DNA of 64,000 nucleotides from Styela clava (GCF_964204865.1 NC_135261.1:18910001-18974000), one strand, 5' to 3'; positions 1 to 13,463 are shown, counted from the stretch's first letter. Notes: generated by a model from the sequence alone, not told the origin. Numbers and translations: made by a program.

Positions 1-12
1 TGCAGGCTAAAT

Positions 13-727
13 CAGTGGTTCCACCCGCTGGTTCGCGAACCGGATTTTTTTCCAGGTTGCGAGAAATTGTGTTGGTTTGTTATTTTGTACCATTGTAGCC
101 GCTTGGTTAAGGAATATACAAAGCTAAGTTGTTTTATTTGGCAATTGGCTCTTAATTAAGTGTTTAACAAGTATGGTATTAATTGCCAGGCGGTGTCTTG
201 GCCGAGTAATCACACCTCAGGTTTCGATCAATTGCGAAAGTGCTTTGTTAATTCGCGCCCGTATATCTAAAATCTCTTGCACATAAAAGTGAACATTTTC
301 GTATTGCAATATTATAAGATTTAGAGTAGACGCTTATTACATAATTTCGAAGCTTTCTAAGCAGTCAAACACAAAACCACGAAGAATTCTAGCACGATAA
401 AAGGCACTTAATTGGATGTGATTCCCGTACCCGTTTTTTCCTATTTTACTTTCATGCTTTGTTCTACATTCGAATTAATAATGGAGCAATCTGTAATATG
501 TTAACATTGAACTAAAAAAATACTCTGTTGAAATAAACCAAATAAGATTTCAAATTTATGTATATTTGGAAGCAATCTTACTATTCCCGAAGTATTGCAC
601 GTTTTATCAAGTCCGCCTATGTTTCGCCAAAGAACCGTCATAATTCTTATCTCAAGAGAGTATCTATAGGCTTTAATCTATGATTTTATGAAACTTGGAA
701 TCGCAAAAAAAAGTTTAGGAACCACTG
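13..727. mobile_element. Non-autonomous hAT (Charlie-like) MITE
   Basis: Terminal inverted repeats CAGTGGTTCC (13-22) / GGAACCACTG (718-727); no matching 8-bp TSD seen. Confidence 0.6.
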
Positions 728-730
728 ATA

Positions 731-875
731 TTGGGGTATACTGCGCTAAAATACGTTAAATAGTACTGGGGTAAGAATGCGCAGATAGGGTGATCAATCT
801 CTATGCGCCCTCCCACGTACCAACATTTTTTTTTCTCGAGATCGTTGAAGCATGTTACTCGATGTAATGTGAATT
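731..875 (+). repeat. Left arm of a long inverted repeat (partner 15300-15447)
   Basis: TTGGGGTATACTGCGCTAAAATACGTTAAA-TAGTACTGGGGTAA...TTTTTCTCGAGATCGTTGAAGCATGTTA...TGTAATGTGAAT aligns with the reverse complement of 15300-15447 (roughly 80% by eye, with indels). Confidence 0.9.
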
Positions 876-1394
876 ATATATTAAAATTAAAAGTGTAAAA
901 CTTTAATTAAACTTACTAAACTCCTCTGTTCAAATTTGTATTCAGATTTGCATATTCCAGATCTGTATATTCAAGGTGTGTGGTGTCATCTAGTACAGTT
1001 AGTCATCTAGTACAGATTGCTACTTAACATCACAGCGAATTCTGCGATAAAGAATTAGCTTCAAAGAAAATTGATTCATAAACTTCCGTCGGCATAGTAT
1101 GAAGGCATTTGGGCTGGATTCCAGACTTGTCGTATTCATCCGTAAAAATAAAAAAAAAATAAAAAAAATGGCACCATATTTAATCGTGGTATGTGAAATT
1201 GTAGTTTTTTAATGCAAATGATGTAATTTTATTTTAAATAAAAAATATGAACGTTCAGCACTACCTTGTTTTTGTTGTTTGCAGAAAAGCCTTTGATTTA
1301 ACTGTTTGCGTGACCTTTATTCAAAACTGGTGCACGAGGTAAATTTTTTAAACCCACTGGAATTTTCTCATTTCTAATTTGAAGTGCGTACTTC

Positions 1395-1508
1395 CAGTGG
1401 TGAGATTCAACCGGTTCGCATGTCAATGTTCTGTTTGTAACAGAACCGTCTGAAAAATATGACTTTTTTGATAGAACCGGCTGACAAAAAATATAAATCT
1501 CACCACTG
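1395..1508. mobile_element. 114-bp hAT MITE
   Basis: TIRs CAGTGGTGAGATT / AATCTCACCACTG; perfect 8-bp TSD CGTACTTC at 1387-1394 and 1509-1516. Confidence 0.9.
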
Positions 1509-2837
1509 CGTACTTCCGTTTGTTTTGTTATTTCTTTGAAGCCCCAAGGATCAGATTTTATCACGTGCATTCATGTGTGCAATGTAACTTGATACTTTGT
1601 ACCAGCAGTGGTTCTTATCTGTCCAGGTGTGTAGAACAACAGCTCTCCCAGTAACACGGTATATTTAGGTATCTCCGGACATCTGTAATAAAATATATCT
1701 AACTGTGGCGCTGTATTTACTGTTATATTTCATAGAAGATATACAATCACTCATGTCCATGTATTTCATTAAAATACAGAAACGACAATTTAAATAAAAA
1801 TGATTTGTAAATATCTATGTTATTAAGGATAAAATGTTCGTTATACTGGGGGAAATTATAAATACCGGAAAATATAGCTTTGGTGACTATCCATTAAAAA
1901 CTGTTTGTAATATAATGAGTGTACTTAACTCATTCCAAGCATTGGTGAGGGTAAAAGTTAAATTATCAAAAATTGGAAAAAGCAAATTTTCAGACATGCT
2001 GTTGTATCCAGACGCATGTTTCAAATTCATTAATGTTTTGGAGTTTAAATGCTTTAAACTTCAATAATCTTATCTGCAATATGATTTTGTATCATACCTG
2101 GAAAAAAATGATAAAAACGCCATTTTTAGAAAGCAACAAAGCAATATACCAATGCTCAACAATAGTTAATTTATGATAATTGGGTATTACTTTCATTTGC
2201 AGCAATTATAAAACACCCGGTTCCAGCTCGGGAATAAGATTTTAGTTGGGTTCAGCCATGCCTGCAATGTAACATTACAGCATCGGTAGTAGATCACCAA
2301 GAAACTGTTTAAAAGAACGGAACTGAAAAATAACTTTCCGCGTGACATACACTGACCCCGAACTGTAAGCCAATTATTACCCAGTGTCATGGCAACGAAA
2401 AAAACAGGAGTAAACAAAAACAGCTCACTCGGTAATACGATGCTTTAAGTTTGTTATGGATACCTCCAAAATCACGAAAACAGCATCGATACCTGGCAGG
2501 CAGTTCATGATGTCATCATTCGAAAAACAAGTAAGAATTAGGTAAAATATAATGACATGTTATCGTACTTTTTTCGATGAGTAAGCAAAACTCTCATAAT
2601 TTTCTGATGTACATGTATTAAAACAAATAGCTTATTTGAAAAGAAAAGGCTTGTAAAAAAAACTCATGTTCCAAACAAATGTATCACACCAATATTGGTC
2701 GCAGTTTTTGAGCCTATATCCAATTTTGCATACTACTTCAAGCAGATTATTCATCAGCATATCGCCACTTTCTCTTTTAAATTATTCAAATTTTATTAAA
2801 TAATTAGAAAATAGAAATAGGTTGTCACACCATAAAC

Positions 2838-3963
2838 CAGGGGTCTTCAATTCAAAACATATCGCGGGCCACTTTTTGAAAATTATCGACCACGCGGGCC
2901 GCAAACCAAGAAATTAGGTACAGAAATGGGTATCTGAATGTATTGTGTTGAAATTACACTTGAATCTTACAGCAAACGAGACATGAAACATATATATATA
3001 TATTTATTCACTTGTGCTGGTTATTTGGTCTCGATGTTTGGCCTTATTTTGCGTTGGTTTGCTAGTCTCAAGAAAACATGCAAATGCTCGTCCATTAGTC
3101 GTGTGCGGAGTAAGGATGCCAAGTATGAGTACTTACAAGTATTCGATTCTTATCCGATTCCTAAATTGTCGATTCCGAATCTCGATTCCTCGACATATTA
3201 CCGAAGAAATATACCCACCCAAGCAATATCATATGAAATCAAGCAAGACAGCAATGTTCAAATTCCCTCAGAATCCACAGAGATTTTTAAAATAAATAAA
3301 CGTTAGCCTACTGGCGATATTTATATTATATATATTATATATAGTGAAGTTTGCGGTGTCGTAGCAACTCAACATAGCAGTGAAGCAGTTTATACATATA
3401 TATATGTGAAGAAATTGCCACAAAACGTTACACATTGTTTGCAATCCAAGTTTCAAACTCGAGAATCGATTCCGGTGCATCGGAATCGATTCTAGTCAAT
3501 TCCGCGAAGAATCGATTCTGTAATCGAATCCGGACTCGATTCCGCCATCCCTGGTGCGGAGGGCTGACTTGCTAACTTTCATAGTCTAAAAAAACTGCTC
3601 GCAAATATAAGAACTGCCAAAAATCGCAGCTATGCAAAGTGAATGTGCAATTAGCTTTGCAAACCTTTCTTCGGGCACAATAGACTGACCGAAACTCTTT
3701 TATTTCGTCACAATGAACATGCGGAATGAAATTATCGCATTTATAATTGCAATATAACAATATCATAAAACATGAACGTGGACAACAGGTGGGAATTTTG
3801 CTTCACTTTCTATGGTTTGTCGGACCGGACTCTTGATGATAAATGACACGATAAAACCTACTAAAAGTTGACATCGTACTAATTTAGTTTTTGGTGGAAA
3901 AATCCCAACCATGACGCGGACGGCAAAAAAATTGGCTGACGGGCCGCGTGTTGGAGACCCCTG
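2838..3963. mobile_element. hAT MITE hosting a nested insertion
   Basis: TIRs CAGGGGTCTTCAA / TTGGAGACCCCTG; perfect 8-bp TSD CCATAAAC (2830-2837, 3964-3971); absent from duplication copy B. Confidence 0.9.
3111..3553. mobile_element. Nested hAT MITE with GAATCGATTC subterminal repeats
   Basis: Ends TAAGGATG / CATCCCTG; perfect 8-bp TSD GTGCGGAG (3103-3110, 3554-3561); clustered GATTC/GAATC motifs near both ends. Confidence 0.85.
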
Positions 3964-5402
3964 CCATAAACGTAAATCATCAAAAAGATTCTATTTGAAT
4001 CATAACTGAATTTTTTAAGAAAATAAATATATTATGAGCGTTAGGGCGACTTCAAATATTGTATTATTTCTATTTGGATTTTGCTCCAAGGAAGAGTAAC
4101 ACTTAATTTATTTTGATAAATTCTGCTATTAGGAAATCAGCAATAAAATTAAAATAACATTGGAGGAATGACACCGAAACTAGTTTTTTGAGTTGTTTGG
4201 CTTAAATTGGCCGAATCTAAGTACCCGTATCAATGTAATGGTACCTTTCGTTTCGGGTTCGCAAATCTTCAGACACAACTTGTCACGAAAGTTATTTGTT
4301 CGTAATCTACCCAAAGTATTTACACCCTTCGTTGTTTTGTGAAATTATGAACTGAGACCCCTGGACATTCGGATCAATATTCTTTAAATCCAGATGGATT
4401 AAAAAAATTATATTATTTTCAAATTCGTGTCACGGTTTAATCATTCAAAATAATAAATATGCAAATAGAGTGGAATTGATCAACAGATCTTCTTTTATAT
4501 ATTCGTTTAAAAGAAAAACTGTAAGTGGTCAAAATTTCGGATTCGTTTATATACTCATTTTTAAAATAAAAAATTTCTTTTTCTGAATTTTACCTAATTA
4601 TCAAAACAAAACTTCCAATAAGAAACAAATTTGATTTTTCGATTCCAACTCATTATTATAATGAAGAGTAATCTTGTTAGAATGACGTATTCATTTTTTT
4701 TTTATTCCATGAGCACAATATACTCCCTGAGTTAGCTTTTGAATGGCGAAATGAATGCATATAGTAGTTTCGTAGGAAAACGTTTTGCTACGTGATCTAT
4801 CTTTCTTTGTGCTTCTCACAAATTCAAAATTTCTTTATTTTTACCTAATAAAGATTTGTTTTCAACAATATAAGTTTTATATAACGTTGCAAGCTCGTAG
4901 TTTGTCTCAATGACAAAATAAATTTTTGTCATAAGATTTTCTATAGACTGCCTTTAAAATGGACACACGTAATTGTATTTCGTTTGTTATTTTTTATTCG
5001 TTGAAACTGACAAAAACAGAACAGCACTCAAACTTCACAAAATAGGCTACATAAGATGCAAATTGTGAATGTTACATTACGGAAGATATTTGATGAAATT
5101 ACTCTAAAAACGGTCTAAAATACTGAAGAATAAATTGCTAGATTTCAATACTGGTGAATTTAAAGTTATCAATCTTCTTAAATGAATATTTAATTACTTT
5201 AACAGGTGTTTTTAGGAAATTAGTGGAACAAAAATAGAAAACTTCAAACATATTAACAAATTCATCATTTATTCGTAATTTTTTTAGTAAGCTTGCAAAT
5301 ACTGATAATATGGTATGTAGTGGATGTAGAAATGGCACTGGAAGGTCGGTAAATTTTCTCTCAAATCAAGAAAAGGGAATTGAAACTGCCGGTGAATTCA
5401 AT

Positions 5403-6581
5403 TCATTCTTCACTTGCTGCCCCGCCAATGCAAGTTTTGCAAGTTGTGAAAGTGGAAATCAAATCTGGAGTGCATCCACTTGTTTCAAGATCGCAAGACG
5501 CCATTCCACCTAAATAAATATGTTAAATTGAGCAATGTTTGTCTACACGCATTCAAAACATCAATCGCACTACGATAAATATTTGCGACTGAGTTACTGG
5601 TAATTTTGCGTCCATGTATAGTTTCATCTGCTACTTTTATCAAAAAGTATCTGATTGGCTTAATATGTTAACTTTCTTTATTTTCCTTTTAATAATTTTC
5701 CATTGGATAAGCAAAAAATTATTTATTGGATATTGTATGTGGAATTATAGTAATAGCCAAAATGGAAAAGCAATTTTACAATTAGGAAACCTACTTAATC
5801 AATTTACAAAATTCAGCTTTGGAGTCGAGTATAAATAATACATATAGGCTATGAATATCACAAAGTATACCAGAATTACACATACCTCGTTTGCATGATC
5901 TGATCGCATTTTTACAATCTCGTGACTGGCTTCGGAATAATGCTTTCTTGGCTTCTCGATCTGGGCACAGTCCCTTGCTGACGCATCCAGCCTTAGCTGC
6001 TTCTAAATAAATAAAGTAATTGCTTCGTCATTGTTCTAACAAATATTTGTAGGTTTCGGTCATTGAAAAAAACAGTAGAAATTATACACAATTAGTTGAA
6101 ACAATTGATTAACTTAATATCACACCCAAACTCTGACTTAATTTATAAAGTTTTTAGGTGGTTTAGTTAGCAAATGATTGATGAGTTTAGTGGTTGAGGT
6201 GGTAAACTATATCCTAATCGGGTACTACAGTTTTGAGTCAAAGGATTACGCTTTAATATTTTTTTTTAATAAATTTTATTACTAAAAATTTTACCACAAT
6301 CTTAGAACGAATCGTTTGCTTTAGTAACCACAAGCATAACCATAAAATAAATATTTCAATAAACTTGATTGCGGGATTTAAATCAGCATTTCTTTTAGAT
6401 TCAAAATGAAAAAACGAAATTCACTCGATTGTAATTCGATCATTTTAGCCTTCTATAAATGAAATATTAACTTACGTCTTTCGGGATCTTTAGAACCAGA
6501 TTTTTCCCGTTTTTTTCCTCTGTGGCCCAATCCCAATCCTACCAACACCAATACTAACACGAGAACAGTTAAAGTGCGCAT
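5403..6581 (-). CDS. Small secreted 8-Cys basic protein, copy A (3 exons, 109 aa)
   Basis: Exons 6581-6476, 6002-5886, 5509-5403 with GT-AG phase-1 introns. Protein: MRTLTVLVLVLVLVGLGLGHRGKKREKSGSKDPERQAAKAGCVSKGLCPDREAKKALFRSQSRDCKNAIRSCKRGGMASCDLETSGCTPDLISTFTTCKTCIGGAASEE*. Hydrophobic signal peptide; AATAAA (minus strand) at 5268-5273; structure conserved in the paralogue. Confidence 0.9.
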
Positions 6582-6814
6582 GATGGTTTTTCTGTCGCTG
6601 CAGTTTTTATTTCACAATATTGTATCTTTTAAAGTTGGGATCTAGTAAAACGCTGAAAACACATAAATAACTACAAGATAATTAATATTTTTATTGTTTA
6701 AATAAAATTCTTAGGTAAAACCTTGTCACAAATAGATTCCTCTTCCAGTAGAAATATTGTATAACGTCTTGCTTGCAGTCAATTCTAATCTGCTAGGATC
6801 GCGTGCAAGATAAC

Positions 6815-6826
6815 GTTTATATAGCC
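6815..6826 (-). promoter_or_regulatory. Candidate TATA box of copy A (conserved at ~13714-13725 in copy B)
   Basis: Minus-strand CTATATAAACG about 240-255 nt upstream of the ATG in both paralogues. Confidence 0.45.
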
Positions 6827-8599
6827 TGTACATCGAGTTTGGGCTTGTTTGTCGCCGCTGCAAAAAATTCAGAAAAAAGAATGTACGCAGCTTAGGCAAA
6901 TCGTTAAAAACAATGATTTTCCAAAAAGGAAAATTTTTAGAATAATCAAAACAATTCTATCAGTGGTAAAAATTACTAAATACCTTGTTTTGAAAACGCG
7001 TTCTGTATCTGTTTAATCTACAGTATTATTACATTGAATATGGCGTGATCTTAGACTGGTTCATACCTGAGTGAACCCGTTCCGTTTCATCAGCGGATCA
7101 AAAGGTTATTCCTCGACATATTCAAGTAAATTTATACACCTGTATCAGCAATTACCTTCATATATATTTGATTTATTACTTTTATTATTTCCTTATATTA
7201 ATATTTGTTGATATTTCAACGCTTTTGAGGACAGAACACCAACACCTGAGGTTACTGATTTATCCATACGGCTGAATTTTGATATCATCAAATCAGCTAT
7301 GTATACAAAATAAAATCGCTTCCATATGCACCTGCAAAAAATGAGAGTATCGTGACGAGTTAAACTACAATAAATTTAAAATATACAAGTGGTACAGTCC
7401 TAATATTCATCGAACTTCAAACTTATTTTCACTGTACACCATTGAAAGGTTAAACCTCCGTGCTTGCGTAGTTGAAACGGCTCATTATGTCAAACAGCCG
7501 AACTGTAAATGAGTTTATTTGACACTGTGCTTCGACTAAGCTATAAAAATAAAAGCATGTTATAAAATTGAATTTTACATTATAATTGTTTTCAATATAC
7601 GTAACTTCGTATTATTAACACTTGAGGTATATGTCTAAATATTCTTAATTAATTAGAGTTCTCTAAATTTGCTATTTCTCACTCTTGGAAAGAAGTCAAA
7701 ATTAATAAATTTACCTGATCTGATAAAGAAGCAATATTTAAAGATAAAAACAATTAATCCATGCCTGCACAAGCAACCTTTTTTTAATTTGTCGTGGATG
7801 TACGTCAAAAGCATAAATAAAAATCCGTTCATTCACGCTTAAAGTACTGAATTGTCAAAAACAAGATGCTATTAGACCAATTCAAGTCTGACCCATTAGT
7901 AGACGTAGTATGTGGACGAGGGCTTGCTACCCGACTGATTTCACCTTATTTCGAGACTGTTGTCGAATTTGTTAGGAGTGAATCTCAAATTGCAAGGAAA
8001 AAATTACAAAATTCTCATCGAAACAAAAAGTTCCAAGTTGTTCACGACCATTTTATTCCCGTTGCAACAGTGGGGATTTGCGCAATCATTTTTTAGATCC
8101 TGAATTTTTTGTTGAATAATGTAAGAGAATTTTGGAGCCTACCGGATGCTCTGCTAAATATTGCAATAATTATGTGGGTGTACAATTGTCAAGTAGCCTA
8201 CTCAGCTTAATGGTTCTGTGAAAAATATGAAATTATCTTATTTACATCCTCAAATATCTGTACTCTAATCACTCACACACATTTATATGAACAACCAAGC
8301 CCGAAATGGAAAAACAGTTTTTAAACAGTTTTTCCTAACTCCAAGTTTACTTCTCGATGAGTATAGCCTATAGCCCAGATAAAACCAACTTTGTAGTATA
8401 AATCGAACTTTGGTTAACATCTTTTATGTTTTCTTCTTGCAATGTCTTATATATTTTTTCATAGAAGTTGATATAGCAAACAATATAAATCAAGAGAAAT
8501 GGATATTAAACTACTAGCAAAAGCTAAATAATCCCAAGACATAAAGTAAATCATAATCAACCCACTACAATTAATATGCTATATACATATAGTCTATAC

Positions 8600-9900
8600 C
8601 AGGGTCGTCCAACCCGTGGCCCGCGGGCCATGCGGGTATGATCCGGGTGCGGGTATAATCCGTACGGATTGCAATGTTTTTTTAACAATCCAAAAACGTT
8701 TTTGAAAACCCAAATGACGTTGCGTTCTCATTGCAAACTGTAATTTGACCATCGAATCCGGCTAAAATTCAATCGTAACGGATTGAAAAACGTATTTGAA
8801 TCTGGTTCTAACCTTTTCTAGTCTGAAGAGAAGGTGCGGGAGTGATGATCCTTTTTACATAGTTAGCATATCCTTTACATACACAACAAAGCCATATTCA
8901 TTGTCTTCGGACTACGACACAAACCCAGCCAACCCAGCTAATAGGTTGAATATGAATTCTAATGACCAACTCGTTCTATCCTAAATCAGAAAATCTAATT
9001 TGAACCCAATCCACAATCTATAATATATATTATTTTTGCCAGAGTTACCGAAATTTGATCAACTTGATATGGATGTGCCTACACCCCTATTACAGTTACG
9101 TCTGTTTAACTTCAGGTTCTGTGTTATGGTCTTTTCAAAAATCAAAAATATCAAATGCAAAAAGTCTCCCGCAGATTGAAGAGAATTGTGCTTAATTCAA
9201 ATTGTGTCAAGCCGCCGCATGCAAAAGAGCACAGAAAGTCGCTTTCAAGTTGTAGTCTGGAGAGTAACATTCACAAATGCGTACCAGATTCAAATAATTT
9301 CCTGACAGAAGATGTCAAAAATAAAGGTTTCATTCATCGAGGTTACAAAAGAATGTGAGTTGAATGCGACGTGAAGTTCTTCCTGTTGTCAAATATTTTT
9401 CACTAATCTTGACTATGATCATCTTAGATAACATTTTGATTTTCTTTCTCTGTGTCATCAGTATCATTACACAATACATTCTCGACTAAAGAGGTTGAGA
9501 TTAGCTCAATGACGTCAAAGTTAGCTGATGAACTCTGTAACCTTCAAAATGAAATTGAAAGTGTGAAACATTATTTGACACTTTCATCTTCATAAGCTAG
9601 TTAGACTTCTATTGGCCCAAATGAACTAGCTTAGCTCCCTGTGCATGGCGAAAACGGGCAGCGTATTAGTATTGTGTATCGGTCGTCGCTACCAATGTAC
9701 AATCTTATCATTTCTTCTATGGCAATTAGAAAAATCCCCAGTTTAGGCTCAGTGATTCGAAGTCTTGTTGGTATTACGAGCGGTATGGGAGTCTAGCACG
9801 CAACTGCGCCTAGAACTTTACCTTTTCCAAACAGGGTTCTTTTTTTCGCATGAGGCGCCGTAAAAGACTTTCACAGTGCGATATAAATTTAATATAAATT
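8600..9900 (+). mobile_element. Decayed hAT-like DNA transposon remnant between the duplicated units
   Basis: Starts CAGGGTCGTCCAACCCGTGGCCCGCGGG (hAT/Charlie-type end); broken transposase-like peptide fragments such as CVPDSNNFLTEDV; no right TIR found. Confidence 0.35.
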
Positions 9901-12264
9901 CTCGAAATGTAATTCTACGTATGTGATAGAAAAAGTGGCCGAAGACTTGTAGTTGATACAGGTGCGACAGGTTCCTTGGTTACCTCATATTGAAAACCGG
10001 CTTTCCTTCCATTTTGTTCCATTTTCCAAACCCGGCTCCCCTTAGCACAACAGTTGGGTTCTGATAACACACTAATATAACTTGGTAGATCTAAACGCGC
10101 CAACACAAAATAATATCCCTTCATAGACGGGTAACATGACGAACATATACACAAACGACATACGGTGTATATCTGTGTGTTACCGCTAGATGGCTCTCTC
10201 AACAATTATTTAAGTATCTACAGACATTTGAGAGAAGAGGAAAAAAACCTGCCAAGACTTCATCACTCGAGTGACGAATTTCACAACATATACTGCAATT
10301 CCATTTTACTATTTTTTCTTTCTTCATAGAAGATACACAACTACTCATGTTTACGTAGTTTATCAAATATACAGAAGAAGCAGTAATCAATTTAAAAAAA
10401 AAAAAAATGTTTTAGAAATATCTATGTTATTAGAAAATTGCTCTCGGTAAAATAAAAATATAAATAACAGAAAATATAGTTTTGGTGACTACGTATTAAA
10501 AACTGTTTGTTATATTGTGCCTGAACCTAGCTCATTCCAAGCATTGAGGAGGTTAAAAGTTGGATCGTTGAAAATTGGAAAAAGCAAATGTGCAGACATG
10601 CTGAAGTATCCAAACGCATAAATATTTTCGAGTTTACATGCTTTGAACTTCACTACTCTAATCTTGAATTTTGAAAATATCATGAGAACACCATTTTAAA
10701 AAGTAACAAAGCAATAAACCGATGATTAACACCATAGGTCATTTGTGACAATTGGGTATTACCCTGATTTGCCAATCTGAGAGTACAGTCGTACTTCCTA
10801 TATTTTACAGGAGTCAAAATAGACTTTATCAAGCAGACAGTTCCAACCCGGGAATAAGATTCAATCGAGTGCAGCCATGCCTGTAATGTACCATGTCAGA
10901 GGCAGTACTAGTTTGTCAGGAAACTATTTAAAAGCAAAGAATTGATTAAATGGGAATCAAAAATATGCCATAGCATAAACGAATATCAAAAAAATTCTAT
11001 AAAAATTATTATTGCATTTTTAGGAATTTTAACTAATATACTCCCTAATGAGCATTAGGGCATTTTTGTTCCGAGAAAGACTAAAATTAAAGATTATATC
11101 TTTTACTATTAGAAAATCAGGAAATGAAGTTTAAATGACCCAAAATATTGAACCCTCTCTTGTTTTGCAAAATTATGAACTGAGGTGAATTGCAAACGCG
11201 TACCGTTTCAAGAAGTTGCGTAGTTCTTATTTGTATCAGAGACACAAACATTTTAGGTGTTGATCAATTGCGCAAAGTAAGCGCTGTCAGAAAAATCATG
11301 ATAATATTTAAAAAACATCTCTTTTGCAATGCCCAAAACCATTTTTTAGTATGTGCTCATTAGAATTTTATCTGAATTCGAATAATATTTATTTTGTCTG
11401 ATGATAGCAAGATATCTTATTTTGAATATAAAAAAGTTGTTTATTATTTATTTTGCAAATACCTTACCTTGTCGTGTTTAAGTATCCTCTTCTGAGGTTT
11501 TTTGAAGTGAAAAAAAGCATTCTGAGCGCCATACAATAGATAATTAATTTACGGTTGCTGTCTAGTATCTTGAAAATGAACTTTCATTGAAGCTTGTTAC
11601 AAAAACAAATTATCCAATTGTGAAATGAAAATTTTCATTTTCTGGATTAAACCTAACTATCAAAACAAACCTTGATCTATCCTTCTTTTTGCTTCTCACA
11701 AATTCAGCATTTCTTCATTTTTACCTAATAAAAATTTGTTTTCAACAATATAAGTTTTATAAAACGCCGCAAGCTCGCGGTTAGTCTCAATGACGAAATG
11801 GACAAAATTAATTTTTGTCATAAGATTTTCTATAGACTGCATTTGAAATGAACACACGTAATTATATTTCCTTTGTTATTTTTTATTCGTTGAAACTGAA
11901 AAAACAGAGCAGCACTCAAATTTCACAAAATAGGCTACACATAAGGTTTAAGATGCGATATTGTGATTTAAGAATGTTACATTTCGAATGCTATTTTGAT
12001 GAAATTACGTTAAAAAGGTCAAAAATACTGAAGAATTAATTGCTAGATTTCAATACTGGTGAATTTAAAGTTTATTTAAGACAATCGTGAAACAAAAATG
12101 AAAAACTTCGAACATATTTACAAAAACATCGTTTATTTGTGATTTTTTTTATTAATCTTGCAAAAAAAAAATGACATTTAGTAGATGAAGAAAGTCACTG
12201 GACGGTCGGTATATTTTCTCCCAAATCAAGTAAAGGGAACTGAAACTGTCGGTAAAGATTCAAC

Positions 12265-13463
12265 TCATTCTTCACTTGCTGGCTTGCTAATGCACTCCTT
12301 GCAAGTTTTGAAAGTGGAAATCAACTCTGCAGTGCATCCACTTGTTTGGAGATCGCAAGACGCCATTCCATCTAAATAAAAATACTTATGTTAAATTGAG
12401 CAGTGTTTAATTTGTCTACACGCATTCAAAACATCAATCGCACTAGGATAAATATTTGCGACTGAGTTACTGGTAATTTTGCGTCCAATCATAGTTTCGT
12501 CGTCTACTTTTATCAGAAAGTATATCTGATTGGCCTAAAATGTCAACTTTCTTTATTTTCCTTCCAATAATTTTCCATTGGAAAAAAAACAAAAATTCAT
12601 TTATTGGATATACCATGTGGAATTATAGTTATAGCCACAATGGAAAAGCAATATTACAATTGGTAAACCCACTTGATCATTTTACAAAATTTTGAGTCGA
12701 GTACAATTAATACATATAGGCTATGAATATCACAAAGTATACCAGAATTACACATACCTCGTTTGCATGATCTGATCGCATCTTTACAATCTCTTGTCTG
12801 GCTTCTGATTAATGCTTTCTTGGCGTCTCGGTCTGGACACAGTCCTTTGGCGATGCATCCAGCTCTAGATGCTCCTAAATATATGAAGTAATTGCCTCAT
12901 CATTGTTGTAACAAATATTTGTGGTTTTCGAAGATGACTCATTGATTAAAGCAGATTTTTTTCGAAATGTTCAAATTATACCGTCTTTATAAAATGAAAC
13001 ACTTGTTTCAACTAGAATCACACCCAAACTCTGACTTAGTTCATCAATTTTTTTAAGGGGTTCAGTTTGCGAATTCTTTGATTAGTGTAGTGGAGGTGGT
13101 AAATTATATTCTAATCAAGTACTACAGTTTTGAGTCAAAGGATTACGCACTGATAATTTTTTTAATAAATTTTCTTACTAAAAATTTTACCCCAATCTTG
13201 GAACGACTGATTTGCTGTAGTAACCAAAAGCATAAGCAGAAAATAAATATTACAATAAATTTGATTGCGTACTTTCAATTTACATTAGTATTTCTTTCAG
13301 ATTCGAAATGGAAAAAAATTCACTCGAATGTAATTTCCTCATTTTAGTTTTTCTATAAACGAAATATTAACTTACGTTTCGCCGCGGGCCTTTTTTTGCT
13401 TTTGAGGCCCAATCCCAATACCACCAACACCAATACTAACACGAGAACAGTTAAAGTGCGCAT
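12265..13463 (-). CDS. Small secreted 8-Cys basic protein, copy B (3 exons, 103 aa)
   Basis: Exons 13463-13376, 12874-12758, 12371-12265. Protein: MRTLTVLVLVLVLVVLGLGLKSKKRPAAKRASRAGCIAKGLCPDRDAKKALIRSQTRDCKDAIRSCKRDGMASCDLQTSGCTAELISTFKTCKECISKPASEE*. All splice sites, 8 Cys and stop conserved; AATAAA (minus) at 12132-12137. Confidence 0.9.

Larger units (their letters stand above)
1640..7860. repeat. Tandem segmental duplication, copy A
   Basis: Collinear homology with 10190-15170, e.g. 1811-2340 vs 10418-10940 and 4794-7860 vs 11676-15170; interrupted by copy-specific TE insertions. Confidence 0.9.

Noticed and set aside
5403-6581. Vanabin (ascidian vanadium-binding protein) identity for the Cys/Lys-rich secreted protein
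   Set aside because: Vanabins have about 18 Cys in repeated C-x2-4-C pairs; this protein has 8 Cys and only one CxxC
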